From assembly GCA_024137785.1 (NCBI GenBank), contig JAHRHZ010000019.1:28924293-28988292 (forward strand): a stretch of 64,000 nucleotides of DNA, given 5' to 3'. A program made the position numbers and the translations under genes. Source of the DNA: Ginglymostoma cirratum. Taxonomy: Eukaryota. Within the stretch, counting starts at the first letter, position 1. Every line of letters starts with the position of its first letter. The notes beneath the pieces were generated by a model that was not told where the DNA came from, did no database searches, and worked only from the letters and a program-made list of their open reading frames with translations. This document shows positions 50,089-61,940 of this stretch, piece after piece.

Positions 50089-50488
50089 NNNNNNNNNNNN
50101 NNNNNNNNNNNNNNNNNNNNNNNNNNNNNNNNNNNNNNNNNNNNNNNNNNNNNNNNNNNNNNNNNNNNNNNNNNNNNNNNNNNNNNNNNNNNNNNNNNNN
50201 NNNNNNNNNNNNNNNNNNNNNNNNNNNNNNNNNNNNNNNNNNNNNNNNNNNNNNNNNNNNNNNNNNNNNNNNNNNNNNNNNNNNNNNNNNNNNNNNNNNN
50301 NNNNNNNNNNNNNNNNNNNNNNNNNNNNNNNNNNNNNNNNNNNNNNNNNNNNNNNNNNNNNNNNNNNNNNNNNNNNNNNNNNNNNNNNNNNNNNNNNNNN
50401 NNNNNNNNNNNNNNNNNNNNNNNNNNNNNNNNNNNNNNNNNNNNNNNNNNNNNNNNNNNNNNNNNNNNNNNNNNNNNNNNNNNNNNNN
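50089..50488. other. Assembly gap (400 N)
   Basis: Run of N. Confidence 1.
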
Positions 50489-50684
50489 AATCAGGAACAA
50501 AAACAAAGTTGCTGGAAAAGCTCAGCAGGTCTGGCGGCATCTGTGAAGGGAAAAACAGAGTTAACGTTTTGGGTCCGGTGACTGAGGAAGGGTCACCGGA
50601 CCCGAAACATTAACTCTGTTTTTTCCTTCACAGATGCTGCCAGACCTGCTGAGCTTTTCCAGCAACTTTGTTTTGTTCCTGATT
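50489..50684. mobile_element. Near-perfect fold-back PLE-terminus element
   Basis: Arms 50489-50582 and 50592-50684 are reverse complements with few mismatches. Confidence 0.92.
50582..50612 (+). ncRNA. Minimal hammerhead ribozyme core
   Basis: CUGAGGA-A-GGGUC[ACCG]GACCC-GAAAC-AUUA. Confidence 0.7.
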
Positions 50685-50769
50685 TCATACTCTGTTGCTC
50701 CTGTATAGTTTCTTCACTGAAGCATAGTTGAGTTAGCTTGCCATGGCCTTGGCCCTGTGCCTTTAAGTC

Positions 50770-51120
50770 TTTAAAAATTCTTACATGAGATTTGGGTATC
50801 ACTAGCAAAGTTGGCATTTGTTGCTCATCCCTAATTGCCCCTGAATCGATTGGTTCATTAGGTCATTTCAGTCATCAGTCAACCACATTTCTGTGAGTCT
50901 GGAGTCACGCGTAGGCCAGCCTGTTAAGGATGGCAGATTTCCTTCCTCAAAAGCATTAGTGAACTGGATGTTTTTTATCACAACAATCAACATGTCACCG
51001 TGAAACTTGCTTTTGTAATTTCAGATTTTAAAGAGTTAAAATTTCAACTTTTTTCATAGTGGGATCTATTCCCATGTCCCCAGAGCTTTAACCTGGCCTG
51101 TAAATTACAACTGCCTCCTT
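50770..51120 (-). mobile_element. tRNA SINE with family-B tail
   Basis: gcatttgttgctcatccctaattgccc...gtctggagtcac...gatggcagatttccttcc. Confidence 0.78.
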
Positions 51121-51414
51121 GCAGTCCACAATTCTGAGCAATTTAGCTTATGTGGCTATTTTTAATTGCAGATTAAACTGAGCGTAGACATGACTAATTT
51201 CAGGTTCCAGTCAATTAATGCCTTTTCTCTTCTTGAGAGACCTCTAGGGAAGAGTTAATGGGCCACATTGGTGTTGAGAATGGAAGTGGATAGATCCAAA
51301 ACAAGAGGGACCAACCAACATGCTGGTTTCTTGACCCTATTCCCAAGACAGCTATTTTATATGAAGCAATTTGGGGGTCAGATCCCATGAGGTGGACAAC
51401 CAATTACTTCATTA

Positions 51415-51775
51415 GGGTCCTTCTATGGGCATTGAAGGAATTATGGGTGGAGAACCATGCCTCTAGGAATTCCTGTGCGTGTCTATGTTTGGCTTGGGCT
51501 ACTATGGTTACCTTGTCTGTAATGTAGTCAACAAACATATAGATATGGGCCACACATAAAAACCCATACAGATCAAAACCAGAAATGACATTACTTACCA
51601 TATTGGACCGGACAGTATAAATTCCAAGCGGAGTAAGAAGAACACCGCTTCATCTGAGGCTCCACTGATGATGTCACCTAGCATGGTGAGGAAACGTAGG
51701 AATGAGAACGAGCTAGCTCAGTGAGCAAGTCAGCGACTCACCCACAACCCAAGCTACAAATCTTTGCCAAAATGT
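51415..51775 (+). mobile_element. Penelope/Poseidon-type PLE end with 5' inversion
   Basis: Minus strand VTIVAQAKHRHAQEFLEAW joined to plus strand NKHIDM..; terminus homologous to 16040-16140. Confidence 0.8.
51665..51698 (+). ncRNA. Minimal hammerhead ribozyme core
   Basis: CUGAUGA-U-GUCACC[UAGCAU]GGUGAG-GAAAC-GUA. Confidence 0.65.
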
Positions 51776-52269
51776 TGAGCCCTAAAGGTCCTCCTGCCAG
51801 CCTTGGTGCAAGAACAACCATTTGGAAAGATTCCCTTCTGGATAAAAGACTTGATGAAAGCTCACCTCCATGTTGAATTGTGCACTCAGTTTATTTACCC
51901 TTATTGCAGCTTGCTGGCCTCTCAAACCTGAAGACTTCAGACTGGGCCTCCAGCTTGAAGATCTTGGCTGTCACCCATAAATGTACAAGGAACATGTCTC
52001 CTTGCCAACTGAGGGGATAACACAAGCAATTTCCCAAATGTTTCCCCCTTGGACAGGCCAGGGTCCTGGAAATTGGCCCTGACTCCTGGTTCCTAACTCA
52101 GAAGTAATGAAATCCTTTATCAAGGGTGAACAGACCTGCATGGTATAGCTTAACAGAAGTCAGATGAAGATCAATGCCATAAAACATGGTGCAGATTATA
52201 TTAGTCTGCTGCAAACAAGGAACAATGTCTTTCAACGATGAAATCAAACTGATCTCAAATGGACAAAAA

Positions 52270-52790
52270 CTCATGTGAGTGACTCAACCCTCAACTCCCC
52301 GAAGCCTGGCTCTCATTTATATATGTCAGGAGTGTGATGAGTACTCTCTAGTTGCCTGGAAGATACTAAGCAGTGCTGGCAACCCATCCACCACCTTAAA
52401 AATTGACACACTCAGTAACTGTTTCATAGTGGCAGCAGGATGTTCCATCTGCTAAATCGCCTTAGACAGCACCTTCCAAACACACAACCTCTACCAAATC
52501 GGAGGTAAAAAGCAACAAGTTACTTTATAAAGAGTATTGCTAAGTATTTCTTGAAAACCAGAAACTGCAGATTCTCCTTCAAGCCACACACCATCCTGAC
52601 TTGGAATTACATCGCTGTTCCTTCACTGTCACTAGGTGAACATCCTGGAATGCCGTCTCTTTCAGCACGGTGGGTATCCATGCGCCTTATGAACTGAAAC
52701 AGTTCAAGAAGGGAGTGTATCACCACGTTCTCAAGGGCAATAAAGAACTGGCCTATAGCCAGTGCAAATAAAATCCCATGGGCAAATATA
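52270..52790 (+). mobile_element. LINE family B 3' portion, diverged
   Basis: Colinear with 31105-31690 (agacagcaccttccaaac; ccatcctgacttggaa). Confidence 0.8.
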
Positions 52791-53439
52791 TAAAACATAC
52801 AAAATCAAAGTTACCTCATTGTTTGAAGAGTAAATTTTTTCAAAGCAAAATTTATTTGAAATGTGTTTGTCTGTGTCAGACTGCAACTGTAACAATAAAT
52901 GATATTTAGAGAACCAGATATGGAGCATAATATTAGGAGTGTTACGTCACCATGACATGCTGATATGCTACATTGGAACAGTTTCTGTGCTGCAGGCAGT
53001 TCAGCATGAGAGTATTTTGCTTTCAATGAAACTACATGCCAATATTCTTTAAAAACAATCAAGGTGAACAGTCATCTTTTTTAGCTATTCAGCCTACTGT
53101 TTGGTTCTTTCAATCTTTGGAGCTTAAAGTAACTTTCTTCATAGACAAGCTGTTTTGTGGCTTTGCAAACAGAAGCGTGCGCAGAGTCATCGTAACTCAG
53201 CAACTCTGTATATTAAAAACTACCATTCCTCCGTCCTGCACCTAAAAATAAACATTGTGAAAGTTGACACATCAGTGTCAGGCTGTTTCAAGAGCTTTCC
53301 CAAATGTCTAGTTATTTACCAAATTAATTTTTGTTCGTTCAATTTTTTTGAGTTTCCTCCATCATTGAATGTGTTGAACCCTTGGTCATAATTTCTTCAC
53401 TGGGACTTGATCCTCTTGATAGAGTATAGTGAGGTACAG

Positions 53440-54400
53440 TTCTCTGACTGGGTTAGATTCTCTCATTGGGGTATGATACTTTCATTGCATTATGATGCTT
53501 TCGCGAGTATTCCCTTACTTAGGCATGGTTTTTCTCAGAGGGGCAAGGTTCCCTTACTAGGGGGCATGGCTCCCCTTCTGTGGAATGATTCTGCCATTGG
53601 GGCATGGTTCTGTCACTGGGGCATTGTTCTGTCACTAGGGTATGGCTCCCTCACTGGGGCATGGGTCCCTCACCGGGGCATGGTTCCCTCAGTGGAGTGT
53701 GGTTCCCCCATTAGGATATGGTTCCCTCTATGAGGTATGGCTCCCTCAGTGGGGTATGGCTCCCTCAGTGGGGTATGGTTCCCTCTATGAGGTATGGTTC
53801 CTTCAGTGGGGTATGGCTCCCTCACTGAACTGTGTCTCCCTCAATATGTTATTGCTCCCTCAGTGAGGTATGGTTCCCTCAGTGGGGTATGGTTCCCTCA
53901 ATGGGGCATGGTTCCCTCACTGGCAACTGGCTCCTTCACCAGGGTATGGCTCCCACACTGGGGTATGGTTCCCTCAGTGGGGTATGGTTCTCTCAGTGGG
54001 GTATGGTTCCCTCACTGGCAGCTGGCTCCTTCACCAGGGTATGGCTCCCACACTGGGGTATGGTTCCCTCATTAGTTGCTGGCTCCCTCAATATGTTATT
54101 GATCCCTCAGTAGGGTATGGCTCCCTCAATAGGGTATAGTTCCCTCAAATGGAGTATGTTTCCCTCAGTCGGGTATGGCTCCCTCAATGGAGTGTGTTTT
54201 TATCAATGGGCTACGGTTCCCTCAGTGGGGTATGGTTCCCTCAGTGGGGTAAGGTTCCCTCAGTGGGGTATGGTTCCCTCAGTGGGGTAAGGTTCCCTCT
54301 GTGGGGTGAGGTTCCCTCAGTGGGCTATGGTTCCCTCAGTGGGGTATGGTTCCCTCAATGGGGTATGGTTCCCTCTCGGGCTATGATACTCTCACTGGGT
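53440..54400. repeat. 19-bp minisatellite (TCAGTGGGGTATGGTTCCC)n, about 50 units
   Basis: Period read directly, e.g. tcagtgggg at 54241, 54260 and 54279. Confidence 0.95.
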
Positions 54401-56239
54401 TTGATTCCAGATCCTCAGGGTACTATAGCCAATATTAAAGTCTTTAACATTGATCCTGTTGAGATCAGCTGACAGTAGTGGCTGGTAATGTGTTTGGTTG
54501 GCTCTGAGCTGGATACATTGCCTGAGTCATCAGGGTGAATCTTGGCAATTTTTGAACCAAATTGTTTCTTGGGTTATACTTGAGCAAATGATTGACTGTG
54601 TGCACTTTTTAGAAAATCTGTGAGGTTTAATAAACAACAGTTGATGCCATTGACCCAATTAATGTCATACTAAATCCATTTAAAGCATTATTGCATTTAT
54701 TCCAATTACTGAAAGTAGGTAAAAGCATACACATTAAGTGCCTTTGTATACATGAAATAATTTAGTTAATATTAGTCTAAGTCATGATGGTCCAGTATTG
54801 TGTGTTGGGTAATAAAGGCCTTACCTGTTTTCAAAGCTTTTAAGCGTATCAGACACAGCAGTAGCAAGGTATTCGCAGTCAGTTACATTTCAGTGGGGTA
54901 ATTCCCACCTTCATTGCCCAGGGAGTAAACTGGTGGAATATCTTGCCCCATCTGTTGTAGAACGTCTCTAATTTTAGGCTATTCATTTCAATGAGTAAAT
55001 GGTCTGTTCTTTAAGATTACCATCCTCATGATGGCTACACTTTATAGCAGAGCTCAGTGGCTAACTGCAAGAACCAGAACTCTGCCTGAGGATCAGATGG
55101 CTTCTGCAGCTATTTGTAGTATCACAACTTTTACCCTGGATGAGATCAGTTAACTCAGCATGAACAGGAGTTCAAAGGTATGATGCCCAGTTTTATATTA
55201 TTGTTATATACTAGCTTTACTAAATAAGTGATGGAAGAAGTTCCAAACATAAAAGCAGGTAGGCTGAAAGGATAGTGGCCTTGATATTTAACCCCATCAT
55301 TGTACCCTGATAACAGGCAGGAGAGGGTTGGAGGTTGAACTGTCGAATGCACACAATGCGTCCTTGACCCAGTGCACAGATACGCATTGCTGTTTTGAAG
55401 TGGCAGATAGGGGAGAGGTGAATTCTTTACTACATATTTAAATTGGAATGGTCCACCTCCAGGTCTCAGTCCATGCAGCAGAGGGGAAGAACACCGAGAT
55501 CCACATCCAAGGAGGTAAAATCTCCAACACAGGGTCTACAGGCAGAGGATTAGCTATCTGCGCACATTCTAATGCCTCAGGAGGCTTAGGTTTTCACAGC
55601 AGGTCATTACTGACATCTGCATCTCCTTTCCAAATGGCAGTGTGGTTCCCCCATTTCCTGTAACTAACAAGATGACTGTCACTGGAGGGTTACTCCTACC
55701 CTCTGCCAGGTCTCTGACTCCCCTTATGTTGTGCTTTCTGTTCTCACCAAGGACTGAAAGTAAAGTTCCCCATGATACTATGGCATGCATGGATGGCAGG
55801 GAAAGATAACATTTGTGGAAGGTGACTGTGAGGCATGGATCTTAAAGGCATTAGGATCAACTGACAAGAAAGGATTGGAAGTTCAGATGGAGATATGAGG
55901 TACTTGGAGAAAGAGGTCTGGCAATTCTACTAATGTTTCAGCTCCTGTGGTGACATTTATCCGATATAAGTGATGGGACAATATTCATCCGTTTTCTGGC
56001 TTCCACTTTCTTCAAGGCACCAAGACTCGGCTCAATCCAGTTGCAGAGGTGTTATTGGCTGTTGGTATCTTGTCCATAGACTCATTCATCATATGTAAAT
56101 TTAGAAAGTCACTTTTTGCTGACAATTCTAGTGTGGTAATGACTGAGCCCAATCTTATGCGTACATGCATGCTTTTTCAAGGACAGTCTCCTTAGATAGC
56201 AATCAAATACAGAAATACTGAATGACTCTTCTTTTTCCA

Positions 56240-56395
56240 TAGTTGTGGGAGAAGGCTTATTGTTGCAATCCTACCATTGCTTTGGCTGAGCTCGGCTAAT
56301 CCTACACAGGCAGGAACTGAGCATGACTCTTCAAGCTGTGTATTGGTCCATGTTGTAATTCACTAGGCTAGATCACTCATTAGTCTATAAGGGGA
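56240..56395 (-). mobile_element. Old tRNA-SINE head remnant
   Basis: ggctgagctcggctaatcc...caggaactgagc resembles a reverse-complement SINE head. Confidence 0.35.
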
Positions 56396-56454
56396 GTTTC
56401 CATGTCAATATTAGAGAACGTAAGTTTTGATCTTTGAAGCTAATAGCCTTTCTA

Positions 56455-57005
56455 TAAGACCACAAGCTGCAGAAGCAGAAACAGGTCATTAGCCCATCAA
56501 GTCTGCTCCACCAGTCATTGAAATCGTGGCTGATCTGATAATCCTCAAATCCACTTTTCTCTGTTTTCCTCATAACCCTTGATTTCCTGACTGATTAAAA
56601 ATCTGTCTATCTCAGCCTTGAATTTATTTAATGACCCAAATTCTACAGCCCTCTGCAGTAAAGAATTTCACAGATTCATTATCCTCTGAGAGAACATTTT
56701 GTGGTTTGTGCATGAGAGCTCCCTCTGTACTATAGATTTCTGCAGTCTTTCTTCATTTAAATTATATGTGACTCCTCTAGTCTTCCTGCCAAAGGGCATA
56801 AACTGTCATTTTTCCATGATATATTCCATCTGTCAAGTTTTTGCCCTTACACTTACCTGTCTCTATCCCTCTACAGACTCCGAGTCATCTTCACCATTAG
56901 TCTTCCCACCTATATCTTTTTCATCGTCTGCAAACCTGACTACAGCACATTCACTTTCCTCATCTAAGTCATTAATATATATCATAAACAATTGTCAGAG
57001 GAGTA
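56455..57005 (-). mobile_element. CR1 3' portion with internal deletion
   Basis: Tail cagaaacaggtcattagccc; reverse complement of VRFADDEK. Confidence 0.8.
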
Positions 57006-57471
57006 CTGAACTACAGGTCAAGCATCTTCATGTTCTTTCTCCTTGTCACCTGTTTTAGAATTCTCTACATCAACCAGTCGACTCAGATGGGAGAATTGGC
57101 ACCTTCGGTAAGTTCATGAGGAAATTGGAGACTGTAATTATCCAGGGATGTTCGGTATTTTACATTATCTCTCATGTGGTCTGATCGCCAATGTTGGCAT
57201 TAGACCTCCCAAAATGAACATTTTGTTGTTGCTGCTGTCCCAGATGCTGTTCAATATTGATGTAAGTTTTACAAAGAGAATGGAACTTGATTGTGAAAAA
57301 TGTTAATTGTCCCTGGGTGGCTTTCTTGAATTTGTTAAACACTGTGGTTGTGCTGGAACTCGGGGTCCCTGTTAAACCCGTATTCATTCAGGATTCCATT
57401 TTTAGTATTTCCTGTATGGAAACAGTTTTAAAATTCAAAAACTAATTATGATCTTCTTTAGCTTATTGAAT

Positions 57472-58600
57472 AAGAGTCATAGAGTCCTATAGCACAGAGA
57501 CAGGCCCTTCAGCCCAAACTGGTCCATGCTGACCAAAATGTCCATCCACACTAACCCCATTTCCCTGCACTTGGGTCATATCCTTCCAAACATTTCCTAC
57601 CCATGTATTCATTCAAATGCCTTTTAAATGTTGTTAATGTACCCGCCTCAACCACTTCTACTGGCAGCTCATTCTATATGCGTACCACCCTCAGGTTCCT
57701 ATGTATTCTTTTCCCCTCTTATCTTAAACTGATGCCCTCTAGTCCTCGATTTCCCACCCCTGGGATAAAAACTGAATACATTCACCATGTCCATGTCTCT
57801 CATGATCTTACACACTTCTATAAGATCCCCCTCCATCTCTTACACTCGAAAGAAAAATGTCCTAGCTTGTCCAATCTCTCCCTATAACTCAGCCCCTCGA
57901 GTCCTGGCAACATCCTTGTAAATTTCTTCTGCACTATTTCCAGTTTAATAACATCCTTCCCATAACAAGGTGACAAAAACTGAACACAATGCGGCCTCAC
58001 CAACATCCTGTACAACTGCAACGTAACTTCCCAACTTCTGTACTCGGTGCCCTGACTGATGAAGGCCAGTGTGCCAAAAGCCTTCTTCACTGCCCTGTCT
58101 ACCTGTGACTCCACTTTCTAGAACCGTGCACCTGAACTCCAAGGTCCTCTGTTCCACTACACTCCTTAAGGCCCTACCACTCACCATCAAATTCCTATGT
58201 TGGTTTGACTTTCCAAAATGCAACACCTCACACTTACCTATCTTAAACTCTATTTATCATTTCTCGGCCCACTTCCCCAGCTGATCAAGATCCTGCTGCA
58301 ATTTCTGGTAATCTTCCTCTCTGCCCACTGTACCGCCTATTTTAGTGTCATCTGCAAACTTACTAATCATGCCTTGTACATTCTCATCCAAATCTTTGAT
58401 ATAGATAACGAACAGCAATGGGTGCAGCACCAACCTCTCCACTAGTCACAGGCCTCCAGTATGACAAGCATCCTTCCACTATTACTCTCTGCTTCTTACC
58501 ATCAAGTCAATTGTGTATTCAATCTGAGATAACAAGGTGTAGAGCTGGATGAACACAACAGGCGGAATCTGCCAGCTCTTCCTGGATTCCATGCAATCCC
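57472..58600 (-). mobile_element. Relatively young CR1/HER1-like LINE 3' portion
   Basis: LLFVIYIKDLDENVQGMISKFADDTKIGG; KKAFGTLAFISQGTEYRSWEV. Confidence 0.95.
58527..58565 (-). mobile_element. 39-bp PLE-terminus micro-insertion
   Basis: agataacaaggtgtagagctggatgaacacaacaggc flanked by aatctg at 58521 and 58566. Confidence 0.7.
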
Positions 58601-58779
58601 AATTAAAAATAACCTGAAACATAAATTGTTGATTTTGATCACTTATGACTTTACACTTTTTTTATAAATAGAAAGCGTACACACTCTTATATCCTACAGG
58701 TATTTAAGTTTAGAGTTTAGGAACTTACCAAAACAGTTGACCTTACTGAAACAATCGAATTCTAGGGGGTTTCACAGGG

Positions 58780-59140
58780 TAGCTGCTTAGGGCTTATTTC
58801 CCCTCAAGGAGGAATCTAGAACTAAGGAACACAGTATAAAAATGAGGTATCTCCCATTTAGGATGGAGGTGATGGAAATTCTTTTTCTCTCTGAGTGTCT
58901 TTAGTATTTAGAATTTACTTCTACAGAGAGCTGGGGAGAGTTGGTCTTTGAATATATTCAAAGTTTGAATTAGACAGACTTTGGCTTATAAGGGAGCCAA
59001 GGCTCATTGAAGGGTGGGATGGCATTTGGCAAGAAAGTGGGATTAAGGCTACAATCAGATTAGCCATGATCTTATTGAATGGTGGGGCAGACTCCATGGG
59101 GGCAAACCAGCTCCTAATTCTTATTAGCATTTTATGTGCT
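58780..59140 (+). mobile_element. CR1 3' tail
   Basis: gaatctagaactaagg...cagattagccatgatcttattgaatggtgg. Confidence 0.8.
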
Positions 59141-59447
59141 TCCTTTTGAAGACAGGTATTTAACAATGAGCTGGCATCATTATTTTTCAGCTTTTTGTCT
59201 TTGTATGGTGATCTCAATCCCACAGGAGAAGAAACAAATATAGATGGAAAATTAAAAGCTCTTATTTCATAAGCTGTTGAAGGTGTCATATTGTTGACCA
59301 ATTTGTAACAAATGTCTTTGTATTTTTTTATTTGTTTGATGGAATTTGGAGTTGCTGGCTAGACTAGTTTTATTGCCCATCCTTAATTGCTTTGAAGATG
59401 TTTCATTGTGCTCGGCATTTGATCTGTTAGAATAATTGTAGAACTCA

Positions 59448-60435
59448 TTCTTGGTTGCTGGGTCAGATTGCAGATGGCGGAAATGGTGGAGAATGATACG
59501 TTGAATCCAGAGGTTGGTGGGTCTATGAGTGAGGACAAGAGGGATTCTATCTTTGTTTTTGTTGTGGGGAGCGGTGTGAAGGGAGGGGTGGGGATGATCC
59601 CACAACCAAGGATATATTTCCGTCCCCACCCCATCTGCCTTCTGTAGGGACCGTTCTCTTCACGACTCCCTCATCCGCTCCACACTCCCCACTAGCTCCA
59701 CACCCCCGGCACCTTTCCCTGCAACCGCAGGAGGTGCTACACCTGCCCTACACCTCCCCCCTCACCCCATTCAAGGAACGAAAAAAACCTTCCACATCAC
59801 ACAGAGGTTAACCTGCACATGCACAAATGTGGTCGAATGCATCCCCTGCTCCCAATGTGGCCTCCTCTACATTGGTGAGACCAAGCGGAGGCTTGGAGAC
59901 CGCTTGTAGAGCACCAGCGTTCTGTTTGTGGCAAACGACAACACCTTCCAGTCACAAACCACTTCAACTCCCCCTCCCACTCCCTGGGTGACATGTCCAT
60001 CCTGGGCCTCCTCCAGTGTCAGAATGACGCCACCCAAAAACTGGAGGAGCAGCACCCCATATTCTGCCTTGGGAGCCTAGAACCCAATGGCCTAAATGTG
60101 GATTTTACTAGTTTTAAAATCTCCTGATCCCCGGCCTTATCCCATGACCAACTCTCCTCTTGTCCCCGCCTCCTTGACCTGACACAACCTGTCTATCTTC
60201 TCTGCCACCTATCCACTCCTCCTATCTCACTGACCAATCCCCACCACTGCCTACCTGCACTCGCCTATCACCATTCCACCTACCTTCCCCAGCCCAACAC
60301 CTCCTCTCTCTATTTATTTCCCAGCTTCCTTCCCCCTCCCCATTTCTGAAGAAGGGTTCCGACCCCAAATGTCAACTTACATACTCCTCTGATGCTGCCT
60401 GGCCTGCTGTGTTCTTCCAGCTCCACACTGTGTCA
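59448..60435 (+). mobile_element. Neptune-type PLE with inverted 5' segment
   Basis: 59448-59595 is minus (RIPLVLTH..IQRIILHHFRHLQSDP); 59598 onward is plus with CGLLYIGETKR; degenerate hammerhead at 60346. Confidence 0.9.
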
Positions 60436-60649
60436 TACCTAACCGAGGGTTCAGCTCTGCTCAAAGCTGTGTATTGCACCTGCCAAATGGAGAAAGTTGC
60501 AGGACAAAGTCACACACTGACAAGATGGAACCTGGCAAAGCAACCTGACTCAAACATTTAGAATATAGAAGATCCAAGAATGCATGCCACAAAATATGGG
60601 TTAATCTGTCTGACATTTACTGCTTCTCAGCTGAACACAAGAAATTGGA

Positions 60650-61940
60650 GCATCTGTAGAACATCCAATACCCAAGCTTAGCCTGCCACCCAATTTGATC
60701 ATGCCACACTGCCTGTGATGCCCTCAGAGACCAAAAATATGTTTGTCTCAGCCTTGTACATACACAGTGATGGAATATCTACAACTCTCTGGAATAGAAA
60801 ATTTCAAGATTTGGACGATTTAAGAGATGGATGTCTCCCCATATGTGTCCTAAACAATCAGTTCCTCTTCTTGTGATTGTGGTATCATCTTTTGGGATCC
60901 CCAGACATGGAAACAATCTCTTGGTGTCTACTCTGTCAGACCCCTTCAGAATCCTGTATGTGTCAATGAGATCTTTATTCTTCTGAACTGCAGACAGTAT
61001 AGGTCCAATTTATTAAGTGTTTCATATATTGACAGTCCTTTGATCCTGGAGTCAATCTAATGAATCCTCTATGTACAGCTTTTAAGGAAAGCATAACCTT
61101 CTTTAAAAGGAAATTCAAAACTGCACAAACTAGTCCAGGTGTGGCTCTCTAAAACTCTATATAATTATAATAAATATAAATATAATTATAATAAAACTTC
61201 CTGATTTGTGCACTTTAACCCCTTTGCAATAAAGGCCAACATGTCATTTGCCTTCGTAATTGCATGTTATATCAGCATATTCTTTGTTCCTTGTATGTAC
61301 AACCAAGCCTCTCTGATCATTAACATTGAGGAATTTCACAGCTTTGAAAAAATAGTTTGCTTTTCTTTTGTAACTATTATAGTGAATAGCCTCAACCTCA
61401 TTACATTACACTTAATCTGCATGCTTGGTCACCCTGTCCCTTAACCTGCGCTTGTCTCATCAGTCTCCTTGTGACCTCCTCACAACTTATAGTTCCACCT
61501 CATTTTGCATCATCTCCAAATTTGAATGCTGAACATTGTCCTTGAATTTTTTGTCTAAGTCTTCAAACTAGGTTGCCAATGGCTAAGGTTCCATAACTGA
61601 TACTTGAATCACTTTACTAGTTACAGCCTTCCAATTTGAAACGGTTCACTGATTACTATTCTCTGCTTCCTGTCTGTTAAGTTCCACCCCGGCTTATTAA
61701 TTACCACCAACTCTAAGAGACTTAACTTGCATTCTCACCTTTTGAGTGACACCTCATCAAGAGTCTTTTGAAAATCCAAGTATGCTGTATGTATCAGCTC
61801 CATCTTTAATCTACACTATGAAGTATGTCTTTAAAAGTTCTAAGAATTTGTTGAACACAATTTCCCTTTTGTGAAACCATATTGGCTCTCTTTGATTATA
61901 TAGTGATTTTCCAAATGCATTGTTAAAGCTTTCTTATCTA
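60650..61940 (-). mobile_element. Old decayed CR1 RT plus tail
   Basis: ttttgaaaatccaagta (reverse complement YLDFQK); gcaataaaggccaacat (MLAFIA). Confidence 0.75.

Noticed and set aside
49971-50581. Long ORFs of 155-189 aa
   Set aside because: Artefacts of translating through Ns
53440-54400. CRISPR-like array or repetitive protein gene
   Set aside because: Units are contiguous with no unique spacers and no cas genes; the ORFs arise from a stop-free 19-bp unit read in all frames
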